A stretch of DNA of 64,000 bases from a virus. Its lineage: Duplodnaviria; Caudoviricetes. The stretch lies in the IMG/VR virus record IMGVR_UViG_2974512537_000001, positions 1-64,000 of that record, one strand, 5' to 3'. Position 1 is the stretch's first letter. Each line of letters starts with the position of its first letter. Under the pieces are notes generated by a model. The model was not told the DNA's origin, did no database searches, and saw only the letters and a program-made list of their open reading frames with translations. Positions 37,636 to 47,306 of this stretch are shown piece by piece. A program made the position numbers and the translations under genes.

Positions 37636-38325
37636 ATGAAAAAAGCATTGGTAGCAAGTTCAATGGTACTAGGTTTAGCATTCGGAGTTCAAGTGGCCAA
37701 CGCAGACACTTACACTGTCCAAGCTGGAGATACTGTTAGTAAAATTGCTTACCAGCACGGGACGACTGTTAATGATATTGTTGCACAGAACCAATTGAGC
37801 AACCCAAACTTGATTTATGTTGGCGACAAGTTGGAAATCAGCGCACCGGCAGTTAACTACCAAACTTATACGCAAGCACCTGTTAAGGAGCAGGCACAAA
37901 CGCCGGTCGAGCAACCTAAAGCGACACAGGTGCAACAACAGCAAACACAACCAGTTCAATCAGCACAACGACAAGTACAGAAGCCACAAGTGCAACAACC
38001 ACAGGAACAACAACAAGTACAACAACCACAAAGTAATCAGAGTTCTGTTATGTCTAAAACTTCTGGTCAGTTGAGTCAAGCGGAAATTAATCAAGTGGCA
38101 CAGGAAATGAGTTCACGTACTGGCGAATCGTCAGCAACATGGTCGATGATTATTAATCGTGAATCCCGTGGCAATGTCAATATTTCAAATTCGCAAGGGA
38201 GCGGAGCTTTTGGCTTATTCCAAAACATGCACATTAGTAGCGGTAACGTTGGTACACAGGTTGATAAAGCAGTTCAGCTCTATCATGCACAAGGAATCCA
38301 AGCTTGGCAACAAACAGCATATTAA
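37636..38325 (+). CDS. secreted LysM + Gln-rich linker + lytic transglycosylase-like protein
   Basis: Signal peptide ending ANA; YTVQAGDTVSKIA LysM; IINRESRG...GAFGLFQ...AW. Confidence 0.88.
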   Translation: MKKALVASSMVLGLAFGVQVANADTYTVQAGDTVSKIAYQHGTTVNDIVAQNQLSNPNLIYVGDKLEISAPAVNYQTYTQAPVKEQAQTPVEQPKATQVQQQQTQPVQSAQRQVQKPQVQQPQEQQQVQQPQSNQSSVMSKTSGQLSQAEINQVAQEMSSRTGESSATWSMIINRESRGNVNISNSQGSGAFGLFQNMHISSGNVGTQVDKAVQLYHAQGIQAWQQTAY

Positions 38326-38330
38326 AAATT

Positions 38331-38352
38331 AAGGCGCTTAGGCGCCTTTTTT
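38331..38352 (+). terminator. intrinsic terminator
   Basis: AAGGCGC-TTAG-GCGCCTT-TTTT. Confidence 0.8.
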
Positions 38353-38415
38353 ATTTGCATTTTGAAGCCGATTATGGTAGAATTAGGTTGTAAATTAAAA
38401 AAGGAATGATGGAAA

Positions 38416-38778
38416 ATGGAAAATGATTTGTTTACAGAATTACGTGGGTCGGCCAAAAGAACAATTGAAGAAAAAGGCAAGCCTGACTACTGGGACAAAC
38501 TGGTTGAATTTATGCGAAGCTCTGCAAAAAATGGTCATTATTGTTTGGAGCTTCAAGGGCGGTTGTATAATGACCAAGAACCGAGCGATAGTTCAGCAAA
38601 GTTATTGAAAGATATTCTCAAAAATCAAGAGTTGTATGCGGCCAACTTGCGAGAGAATAGACTGGAAATAGAGATAACTACGCAGGTCAATCTCTTGCCA
38701 TCTAGCCAATTTATTGACCGAGGCCATTATCTTACAGAAGTGCATTTGAAAATTGATTGGGGCGATGATAATGAGTGA
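38416..38778 (+). CDS. hypothetical protein
   Basis: ORF with promoter and RBS. Confidence 0.75.
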   Translation: MENDLFTELRGSAKRTIEEKGKPDYWDKLVEFMRSSAKNGHYCLELQGRLYNDQEPSDSSAKLLKDILKNQELYAANLRENRLEIEITTQVNLLPSSQFIDRGHYLTEVHLKIDWGDDNE

Positions 38779-39085
38779 ATTTATGAATGCTAAAGAGGCA
38801 CAGGAATTAGTTAAAAAGAATAAGCAGAAGCGTATTGAATATTATCTTGATAGAATTGGCCAAGACAGGAAAGCCAACATGATTAAAAGAGCGATTGAAA
38901 AAGCTGTGGTTGATGGAGAAAATTGTGCTTATGTAAAATTCCACACCAAAACAGACGATGATAGAATCACAGCTATTGAGGAATACTTTACTAAACTCGG
39001 TTACGACATTTTCTTTGATAGAAAGTGGTGTCGAGTCAAACTATTTAAAAGAAATTTCCCGAAGCCACCAAAAATTAGCCGCTAA
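38771..39085 (+). CDS. hypothetical protein
   Basis: Overlaps the previous stop. Confidence 0.75.
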   Translation: MSEFMNAKEAQELVKKNKQKRIEYYLDRIGQDRKANMIKRAIEKAVVDGENCAYVKFHTKTDDDRITAIEEYFTKLGYDIFFDRKWCRVKLFKRNFPKPPKISR

Positions 39086-39326
39086 AATAGTAATTCTGAA
39101 AAAATAGTCTTGTGAGAGTTCGTTAGAGTGATTTTAAAAAATCTCATGGCTTATTATACTAGGCACCCAGTAAAATCGCTTAGAATCCATCTGACAGGCG
39201 TATATTGGATTATAGCGATTATTTGGTCAAAAATGACGAGTAAAATCCCGATTTTATTCAAAAATTGTTGACTTTTGGATAAAAGGTGATATAATAGAAT
39301 CATAATAAGGAAATGGAGGAATGTAA

Positions 39327-39590
39327 ATGAAACGTTATTTGGCGAAAGTAAATTATAATACGCCAGATGGAAAGCATGTGACTACGTTGTACAAGTTGTT
39401 GGAGGCAGAGAACGAAATTGACGCTCAATTAAAAGTAATTTTCGACAAGACTTCTAGCGGTGAATTAAATCTTTACGACCAATACTTTGCAGATGGCATG
39501 TATGAAAAAGAGATTGTCGGGGTTTACGAAATTGATGAAAATGGCGAAGCCTTTGAAGATTGGCCTGAATCGAAAGTTGGTGATGAATAA
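39327..39590 (+). CDS. hypothetical protein
   Basis: TTGACT-17-TATAAT promoter; GGAGG RBS. Confidence 0.8.
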   Translation: MKRYLAKVNYNTPDGKHVTTLYKLLEAENEIDAQLKVIFDKTSSGELNLYDQYFADGMYEKEIVGVYEIDENGEAFEDWPESKVGDE

Positions 39591-39886
39591 TGGCTTTAGA
39601 AATTAAGCTATCGCCATCTTGGGTGATTATTGGTAACGATTATTCGCCAAGCGGAGTAATCTTGTTACACAAAGTAAGGTCAAAGAGCAGTTCAAAAGTT
39701 CGTGAAGAACGCACGTACCACTCGGATTTGGCATATGCGCTAAAGTATTATGCTAAAGTGGCGATTGCTAAGAAAGAGAAGAAAGTCAAAAGCATTAGAG
39801 ATTATATTGATGAATACGAAGTGATTTTCAATGAGGGAGTTGAACGAATTGAAGAAGCAATTAAAGCACAAGACACCGACAAATAA
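39590..39886 (+). CDS. hypothetical protein
   Basis: ORF coupled to the previous one. Confidence 0.75.
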   Translation: MALEIKLSPSWVIIGNDYSPSGVILLHKVRSKSSSKVREERTYHSDLAYALKYYAKVAIAKKEKKVKSIRDYIDEYEVIFNEGVERIEEAIKAQDTDK

Positions 39887-40190
39887 CATCTATAAACGGT
39901 ATTACGCCGTCTTTCACGGCGACCAGCCTCGTAGCCGCTGGAACCACGCCCACGGTAATCACAAGACTCCGACTGGCGAGAGCTTTGCCACGTTCTATAA
40001 TAGCCCTAAATTTAGTGCAATTGCCGTTGATTTAGGACAAGGATTTTCAGTTGCGGGTACGGGAACACCAGTTAAGTCTTACGCTGAAAAAGATGTCCTT
40101 GCCATTTATGCAGTATTACAAGCTGTCGGTTTCAATGATGATGAAGTCAGCCACATTATTGATGAACATATGAAGAAATTAAAATCATAA
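39831..40190 (+). CDS. hypothetical protein (start uncertain)
   Basis: ORF ends before the terminator. Confidence 0.6.
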   Translation: MRELNELKKQLKHKTPTNNIYKRYYAVFHGDQPRSRWNHAHGNHKTPTGESFATFYNSPKFSAIAVDLGQGFSVAGTGTPVKSYAEKDVLAIYAVLQAVGFNDDEVSHIIDEHMKKLKS

Positions 40191-40197
40191 TTATTAC

Positions 40198-40224
40198 AAA
40201 CAGTCGTTTTTACGACTGTTTTTT
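40198..40224 (+). terminator. intrinsic terminator
   Basis: AAACAGTCGT-TTTT-ACGACTGTTT-TTT. Confidence 0.8.
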
Positions 40225-40285
40225 ATTTAGGCTTGCAAAATTAAGCAACATGTGCTATTATAATAGTATCGAAGGAGGAATTATT

Positions 40286-41674
40286 ATGAACAAAGAGGAA
40301 TTAATTAAATACGGTTACGGGAATCTTCACGGCCACACAGACTTATCAAGTAACCTACGCCTGTTAGATAGTTCAATCACAGTTAAGGAAATGTTGGATT
40401 ACGCTAAAGAGATTGGATTAAAGGCGGTATCGTTCACAGGACACGAAGCATTGAGTGACCATATCAAGGCGGAACGCTATTACCATGCCAATAAAGATAA
40501 GTTCAAGGACGTTAAACTTGTTCTCGGTAACGAAATCTACTTGGTCAAAAAAGGCGATATGGAAAAGGCAGAGGAAGCTGGCGAACCTTTTAAGTTCAAC
40601 CATTTCCTGCTGAATGCCTTAGATAAGAAAGGCCACGAGTTCTTGCAGAAGCAAAGCTCATTGGCGTGGTCACATTACCACGTATATCACGGTATGGAAC
40701 GTGTTCCAAGCTTCTACGGCGAAATCGAAGCACTTATGAAAAGCGGTGATTACAAAGGCCATGTCATTGCCAGCACAGCTTGTCTTGGAGGATATGTAGC
40801 ACAGGAACTTCTCGCTTACGAAGATGATAATGACAAAATTCATCTCGACAAGGTAAAAGGCATGATTAACTGGTCGATTAAAGTGTTCGGTAAAGATAAC
40901 TTCTTTCTTGAACTCATGCCTAGCCATCACAAAGAACAGATTGTCGTCAACAACTGGTTGAAACGGATTAGTGAATCACTAGGCGTTCCGTTTATTATTA
41001 CAACCGATTCTCATTACTTGAATGAAGCTCAACGTCCAGTACACAGTGCTTTATTGCGCTCACGTAATCAAGACCGAGATTTATCAGTATACGATACAGC
41101 GCATTTGTTCAGTGTAGAGGAACTATTTGAGTTCTTTGATGATGATACATTGACAAAAGCGTTCACCGCACTACATTCGATTATTGACCGTGTTCAAGAT
41201 TATTCATTGGAACATACGCCAATTGTTCCAAAAGGACGTATTCCAGAGTTTGATAAGCCAACTTACGAAGACTTCTACCACGGTGAAGATTTACCAAACA
41301 TTAAGGTTATGGTTGAAAGTGAACACGAAACTGATGGCTATTTGATGAAGTTAGCTCTCGGTGGTCTTAAAAAACACGGGCTACTGGATAAAAATGATTA
41401 TCTAAAGCGCCTTGATTTGGAAGTTGGAGAACTTGTCAAAATCACTGAAAATATCGGCCAACCAATGAGCTCTTACTTTATTGCACAGCATGACTTTGTT
41501 GATATTATGTGGAGCCAAAGCTTAGTTGGCCCCGGCCGTGGTAGTTCATCGTGCTGGTTGTTAAACTATTTGATTGGATTGACACAAGTTGACGCTTTGA
41601 AGTACGACTTGCCGCACTACCGTTTCCTTTCAGCAGAACGGGTTACTGAAAATACTGCTTCTAACTATCCAGAT
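40286..41674 (+). CDS. dnaE: DNA polymerase III alpha subunit, exon 1 (PHP domain to ...NYPD)
   Basis: HGHT...GHE PHP motifs, STACLGG, VGPGRGS; 463 codons ending at the splice-site U. Confidence 0.92.
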
Positions 41675-42684
41675 GAACTTTAATCAACGTCTGGCTTGGT
41701 GGTGACACCTCGAAATAATTCCTAGTGAACGATTAACAATCGGTGTGAGAATAGCTTAAAATGTATCTGGTAGGAAATGACCAGTTAATATTCTTGCTAA
41801 CAGGGAAACCCTTAAAGGGCAATCGCTGTGCTAAATTTAATGTCGTGTGTATATCGTCTTATAGGAGGTAAGATATGAGAGGGATATATGCACATGTGAA
41901 TAAAATCAATGGGCGTGTGTTCTATGTTGGTCAACAAAGGGTCAACAATAACAGAGCATATGATTTTAAAACCCAGAGAAATGATGAGTATAAAAAGTAT
42001 GTTGAAAAAATTGGTGTTGAAAATGTCGATGTAGTTTGGCTATACGAGTCTGCTAACTATAACGAAAATCTTTTTACAGCAGAGTGGGTATACCAAAACA
42101 AATATTATCAAAACGGGTTCTTAAAAACAAAAGAGCTTATATTTAATGGTAAAAATAATCCAAATTATAATAACCATTGGAATGAAAAACAACGCAAGCT
42201 CATGTCTGAAAAGATGAAAAATCGTTATGATGGTAAGCGTAATCCAAACTACGGAAACAGATGGGACGATGAAAAGAGAGAAAAAGCTAGAGAAAGAGCT
42301 AAAAAACAGGGCGAGTTTTCTGGCACTCACAATCCTAAAGCTTCTCCATGTGTTCTTTATGGCCCAAATGGATTTGAAAAGAAATTTGAGCTATTAAAAG
42401 AAATGTCTAAATGGGTATCTGATAATATAATTCATGGAGAACTAAAGGATATTACGTCAATCAATCGTAGCCATCACATTAAAAAAGAGTATAAAGTATT
42501 AGATAATTGGAGCTACAAAACATACACACGACATTAATAAATGTGAAACGACCATCGAAAACACACATCAATGATGTGGAAGTGAGTAGAGTACACCTTA
42601 GCTTGCGGGCTATGTGTGGAAGCGCTAGGCTCTGACGAATAGTCAGATGAAGATATGGTCTACCCTCATGGCAACATGAGAGTG
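41675..42684 (+). mobile_element. group I intron (1010 nt) in dnaE
   Basis: P1 CCAGAU/GUCUGG with U.G at the splice site; P3 CCUAGUG/CGCUAGG; P7 GACCA/UGGUC with AAGAUAUGGUCU; P9 CUCAUG-GCAA-CAUGAG; terminal G at 42684; splicing restores PD-IDTD in frame. Confidence 0.92.
41875..42537 (+). CDS. intron-encoded GIY-YIG homing endonuclease with NUMOD3-like repeats
   Basis: GIY-(10)-FYVG, conserved R and E, two NPNY..W.E..R repeats; bracketed by a perfect 16-bp stem 41837-41852/42522-42537. Confidence 0.88.
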   Translation: MRGIYAHVNKINGRVFYVGQQRVNNNRAYDFKTQRNDEYKKYVEKIGVENVDVVWLYESANYNENLFTAEWVYQNKYYQNGFLKTKELIFNGKNNPNYNNHWNEKQRKLMSEKMKNRYDGKRNPNYGNRWDDEKREKARERAKKQGEFSGTHNPKASPCVLYGPNGFEKKFELLKEMSKWVSDNIIHGELKDITSINRSHHIKKEYKVLDNWSYKTYTRH

Positions 42685-45156
42685 ATTGATACAGATACAG
42701 AAGCCTCGAAGCGTGAAAAGATTATTAACAAAGTTAAAGAAGTATATGGAAAAGATAAGGTTCTCAACTTTGCAACTTTCACGACAATTGGCACACGTGC
42801 GGCCATTAAGTATGCTGGCCGTGGCTTAGGGATTGATAATAACGAAGTTAATTATATTGTTTCCTTGCTACCGGCAGACGGACATGACGAGTGGCCGATT
42901 ACTGACGCCTTGCTTGGTAACGATAAAAAAGACAGAAAACCATCTAATAAACTGTTGTCAGAAGTGAACAAGTACCCTAATATGAAAGAAACGATTCTTG
43001 GTTTGTTCGGATTGGTTGTCGGCCGTAGCGAACATGCTTCTGGTGTGTTGGTTGCTAACAATGGCTATACAGAACATAATGCCGCAATGTTCACACCAAA
43101 CGGAATTGCCGTTACTCAATTTGACGCTGACGACTCTGAATATGCCGGCATGATTAAGTTCGATTTCTTGTCATTATCAGCTCTGGATAAAGTTCATTGT
43201 GCAATTGATATGCTGATTAAAGATGGTCTAGTTGATGAACAAGGCACGTTGCGTGAAATCTACATGAAATATTTTGGCCCAGAAGCACTGGACATGACTA
43301 ATCATGAAATGTACAAAATGCTGTTTGACGGGAAGGTCATTGACGCTTTTGAATTTAGTTCGTCAGTTGGTTATAAGACGTTGCGTAAGCTAAACGCTCG
43401 TGATTATATGGCTTTGGTATCTGCCAATGGTCTTATGCGACTGACTGGTGGTGACAGCGATGAACTAGCGCTTGACCGTTTTATTCGCTATCAGAACAAC
43501 CCCGGCGACTGGGATAGGGACATGAACAATGCTGGACTTAATGACAACGAAAAGCAATTAATGCACGAACTGCTTGATGATTATAAAGGGGTCAACAACT
43601 CACAGGAACGCTTAATGCAAATGGTGTTAAAGATTGCTGACTACTCATTACAAGAGGCAAACAAGTTGCGAAAGTCAATTGCTAAAAAGGACAAAAAGAA
43701 GCAAGAGGAACAACACGTATTCTTTTTGAAAAAAGCTAAGGAACACGGTCTTAGAGATGAGTTTGCAAAATACGTCTGGGACGAACAAATTGCTATTCAA
43801 TCGGGGTACGCGTTTAGCGTCAGCCACTCATTGCCATATACGTTGATTTTGATGGTTGAAATGAATATCTGCTACCGATTCGACCCAATTTATTGGCAAA
43901 CCGCTGTATTATCGGTCAATGCCAAGACGTATGGTGATGAAATGGCAAATCCAGACTACAATAAACTCGCAACAGCGATTGGTCAACTTCCAAAAGGATT
44001 AGTGACCTATCCAGATATTAACCGTAGCGAAGTAGGGTTCGTCCCTAAGATTACCGAACAGTCTAAAAATATTCTGCTGGGACTGAATGCCATTTCTGGT
44101 ATCGGTACTAATGAAATTGAAAGTATTATGAACAATCGCCCTTATAGTTCATTAGATGATTTCATGGAAAAGAATAAAGAAGTCTTCTCAATTAAGAAGA
44201 TGATTCTCTTAATTAAATCCGGGGCGTTCAATTGCTTTGAAAGTGACCGCAGAAAGCTCATGATTGATTATATTTCCAAAGTAACAGAACCAAAAGCAAA
44301 ACTAACCACGGTTCAGATTAAAAAGATTAAAGATAAGATTCCAGATGAATATGAGCTACAAAAGAATGCTTATCTAATGAAAAAGCATGTCAAGGACAAT
44401 GACGTTAAACTTGATAGTCCGATTGGTCGCTGGTTCCTCAATACCGTTGAACCTTTAATCGTAGAATACGAGAGCGGATTAAAGAAGACCCCAGAGGATA
44501 GCTTATGGAGCATTGATGATGAGCGTCTTGTCATTGATACAAAGCGTTATAACAAATGGTTTAATGTGTTTGCAAAACCATTAAAAGAGTGGCTGAAAAC
44601 TCCAGAGGCGGTTGAAATTGAGCGGAAAAAACGTTGTGCTGAATTATGGACTAAGGAATGCAAAGGGAATCCAGAACACTGGGCTTTTGAGGCGTTAAAC
44701 TTCTACCCTGAAAAGCATGAACTTGAAGTGTCAACGCTTGGAACAATGCTCAATTATCAGGCGTTTAACGATTTAGAACCAGAACCAAAAGTCATTAAAG
44801 AAGTGACTAGCCGGAACGGACGCAAGTTCTCAATCTATGAAAACCATATTATTGCAGGAACTATTGTAGCAAAGAATAATATTAAATCAACGGTTAGCCT
44901 ATTAACACCAGATGGGTTAGCAATTGTGTCCTTAGGACGTCAATTGTACGCAAAACTTGGTAAAAAAGAAATGGTCGGCCAAGGTAAGAATCGTCATTGT
45001 GTTTCAGACAGTTGGCTGGAAAGAGGTAATAAGTTGGTAGTAACCGGCTATCGTCAGCAAGATTCGTTTAGATTAAGACGCGACCATAACCTTAGCACAA
45101 CGGCAATGTTGATTAACGGATATGGCAGTAAAGTAAGATTGGTTTTCGACAAATAA
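42685..45156 (+). CDS. dnaE: DNA polymerase III alpha subunit, exon 2
   Basis: IDTD, SEHASGV, KFDFLSL, YAFSVSH, HhH and OB regions; spliced product 1286 aa. Confidence 0.92.
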   Translation: MDTDTEASKREKIINKVKEVYGKDKVLNFATFTTIGTRAAIKYAGRGLGIDNNEVNYIVSLLPADGHDEWPITDALLGNDKKDRKPSNKLLSEVNKYPNMKETILGLFGLVVGRSEHASGVLVANNGYTEHNAAMFTPNGIAVTQFDADDSEYAGMIKFDFLSLSALDKVHCAIDMLIKDGLVDEQGTLREIYMKYFGPEALDMTNHEMYKMLFDGKVIDAFEFSSSVGYKTLRKLNARDYMALVSANGLMRLTGGDSDELALDRFIRYQNNPGDWDRDMNNAGLNDNEKQLMHELLDDYKGVNNSQERLMQMVLKIADYSLQEANKLRKSIAKKDKKKQEEQHVFFLKKAKEHGLRDEFAKYVWDEQIAIQSGYAFSVSHSLPYTLILMVEMNICYRFDPIYWQTAVLSVNAKTYGDEMANPDYNKLATAIGQLPKGLVTYPDINRSEVGFVPKITEQSKNILLGLNAISGIGTNEIESIMNNRPYSSLDDFMEKNKEVFSIKKMILLIKSGAFNCFESDRRKLMIDYISKVTEPKAKLTTVQIKKIKDKIPDEYELQKNAYLMKKHVKDNDVKLDSPIGRWFLNTVEPLIVEYESGLKKTPEDSLWSIDDERLVIDTKRYNKWFNVFAKPLKEWLKTPEAVEIERKKRCAELWTKECKGNPEHWAFEALNFYPEKHELEVSTLGTMLNYQAFNDLEPEPKVIKEVTSRNGRKFSIYENHIIAGTIVAKNNIKSTVSLLTPDGLAIVSLGRQLYAKLGKKEMVGQGKNRHCVSDSWLERGNKLVVTGYRQQDSFRLRRDHNLSTTAMLINGYGSKVRLVFDK

Positions 45157-45186
45157 AAAAGGACACCCAATTTCGGGTGCCCTTTT
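45156..45186. terminator. bidirectional terminator between convergent arms
   Basis: AAAAAAGGACACCC-AATTTC-GGGTGCCCTTTTT. Confidence 0.8.
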
Positions 45187-45193
45187 TGTTTGA

Positions 45194-45442
45194 TTATTTT
45201 ACTAGATAACCGATTTTTACGCCATAATAATCATATTCAGTAATATCCATCTTTTTAACCATTGCGTTGTATTTTCGCTTATTAATCTTATTGTCATCTT
45301 TGTTGGCTTTATAGTATAGTAATTCAAGGTAGTCGTCCAAGTCACGCTTCGCGAGGAATGCTGACATACCTTTCGCTCGGCAATCGAATAGGACTGCCCG
45401 TGTTAAAGTTGCTTCGCCATCTTGTACTTCTACTGTATTCAT
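45194..45442 (-). CDS. hypothetical protein
   Basis: ORF with RBS. Confidence 0.75.
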   Translation of the reverse strand: MNTVEVQDGEATLTRAVLFDCRAKGMSAFLAKRDLDDYLELLYYKANKDDNKINKRKYNAMVKKMDITEYDYYGVKIGYLVK

Positions 45443-45459
45443 AATTTAAAACCCCTTTA

Positions 45460-46431
45460 TTAAATTTCAATTCCGAATGCGTCACTCAATTTGTCATCAT
45501 CATGGTCTTGTAGATAACCTTGCGTGGTTTCAGAACTTGAATGATGAGCAACCAGTTTCAGCACTTCCAAAGGTAATGCGTCCTTATCTGCTTCCTTTAA
45601 TACGTGATGAACACCAGTAGAGTAGTTTTCAAGACCAGTACGTCTGAAATCGTGAGGGTGAACAGTAACTTCATGGCCGGTGAGTTTTGTTAAAATACGA
45701 CCGAATTGGTTGCACCATTCATAGAATACGGAGTAGTTAATTGCGTGGCGTTCGTCACCGTAGTCTGAAATCCATAAACTATCAATGTCATCATCGCCCC
45801 GTTGCTTTAAATAAAGGTCAGCGATTTGTTGAGTGCGCTTGAAGTAGATTAATTTAAAGCGTTTTGCACGCTTACCAATAACGGTGTTTGTTTGATTTGA
45901 TTCTACGAATTTATCCTTTTTAACTTGTAGAATTTCATTTCGCCGACCACATGACTCATAAGCAAGGCTGACAAATAAAGCCTTTTCGTATTTCTTACGG
46001 CGAATTAAATAATCTAGCAACATGTTAACTTCGCCATCTGTTAAATAGGTGTGTGTTTTAACAGGTTCTTTGATAAGACCCTTAATGGCGTGCATTTGGT
46101 TTACTTCGTAATCGTAGTCTTCGCTGATTGTCAGATATTCCAAAAAGTTTCTAAGACTACTTTGAAAGCGATTGATACGCGCATGGCTGGTTCCGTCACG
46201 TTGCATTAATAAAAAGAAATTACGGAAGTCTTTACGCTTTAATTGCGTTACGGTCTTCTTAGGATATTTCTGATTTGAATAGCACAAAAATCCACGAATA
46301 TCAGCTTTGTATTGGTAACGGGTCTTAACAGCACGACCGTTAGCTTCCAATTCCAATAAGTAATCTTCTAGGGCTTCTTTGTCTTCGTCTTTCACTTTCG
46401 TGTCCCAAATTTCTTGATTAAACAGTTCCAT
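45460..46431 (-). CDS. tyrosine recombinase (XerD/integrase family)
   Basis: SAM-like N-terminus; GRRNEI, HPHDFRR, HHSS.ETT..Y catalytic set. Confidence 0.9.
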   Translation of the reverse strand: MELFNQEIWDTKVKDEDKEALEDYLLELEANGRAVKTRYQYKADIRGFLCYSNQKYPKKTVTQLKRKDFRNFFLLMQRDGTSHARINRFQSSLRNFLEYLTISEDYDYEVNQMHAIKGLIKEPVKTHTYLTDGEVNMLLDYLIRRKKYEKALFVSLAYESCGRRNEILQVKKDKFVESNQTNTVIGKRAKRFKLIYFKRTQQIADLYLKQRGDDDIDSLWISDYGDERHAINYSVFYEWCNQFGRILTKLTGHEVTVHPHDFRRTGLENYSTGVHHVLKEADKDALPLEVLKLVAHHSSSETTQGYLQDHDDDKLSDAFGIEI

Positions 46432-46494
46432 TGTTTCTCACCATTCCTTTTTATTGTTTTTGATATGTACCCCACACAATGTGTGGGTTGTTAA

Positions 46495-46965
46495 CTAATT
46501 CTTGTCGATAGGTGCTTGTGAAGCAACGGGTGCTTCCGAACTAGCACTTGCTTGTGAGGTTACAGGAGCGCTCGAACTAGCGCTCTCTGGTAACTTATCA
46601 GCCGGTTGTGATTCGTTAACGTGCTTCTTTGCTTCTTCTAGCGTTTTTTGAGCCTCAACCAATTTATTCAACAGGTCTTGTTCGCTCTTTGTTAGGCTAT
46701 CAGAGTTGCTCTTAATATCGTTACCGACATGTTCAAGGATAGAGTTATCCGTGACAGTACCGACAAATGTAAGCACAGAACCAACAATGGTGAATACCAT
46801 CAATACTTCACTATTGTCAATTTTCAATCCAAAGAATGCCGAACCAACAGCTAAGCCAATGATAAAGATAGAACCAATGACTTGTAACCAGTAGCTAGGC
46901 TTGTCCTTGTTAGCTTCATACGTTTTTACGAACTGTGAAATAAAGTTGTTAAATGCAGTTTTCAT
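46495..46965 (-). CDS. holin
   Basis: Two TM segments plus a low-complexity S/A tail, in the lysis cassette. Confidence 0.65.
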   Translation of the reverse strand: MKTAFNNFISQFVKTYEANKDKPSYWLQVIGSIFIIGLAVGSAFFGLKIDNSEVLMVFTIVGSVLTFVGTVTDNSILEHVGNDIKSNSDSLTKSEQDLLNKLVEAQKTLEEAKKHVNESQPADKLPESASSSAPVTSQASASSEAPVASQAPIDKN

Positions 46966-47291
46966 TTTTTGTTTTGCCCCTTCCATAGTGACCGTAACTC
47001 TTCATCATGTCTTGCGATTGTGACTTTGATTTCACCAATCTCTTCTGAGTGTTCTTTCAACGCGTTTGTAAACATTGTAGAACTTTCTTGTTGTGACGCC
47101 GATAATCGGTTAATTGTTTCACCTAAGTCGCTGATTTTATCCATCAACGGGTCAACGATGACTCGTTTAAACAACCAAGATATTAATGATACAAAAGCGC
47201 TTATGATGGCAATTAATTCCACCCACTCGTTTAAATTATATCCGAGGATAACATGTGGAGGAACCGTAGCAATAATGTTACCTAACAGCAT
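46962..47291 (-). CDS. membrane-anchored coiled-coil lysis accessory (holin-like/XhlA-like)
   Basis: One TM segment plus coiled coil, between lysin and holin. Confidence 0.55.
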   Translation of the reverse strand: MLLGNIIATVPPHVILGYNLNEWVELIAIISAFVSLISWLFKRVIVDPLMDKISDLGETINRLSASQQESSTMFTNALKEHSEEIGEIKVTIARHDEELRSLWKGQNKK

Positions 47292-47306
47292 AGTGTTCCT
47301 CCTCCA

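Noticed and set aside
40250-45156. Two separate polymerase genes or a frameshifted pseudogene
   Set aside because: Group I intron core and splice sites join both parts in frame into one DnaE
45460-46431. Evidence that this is an integrated prophage
   Set aside because: No host genes, att duplication or repressor visible; the window is entirely phage-like
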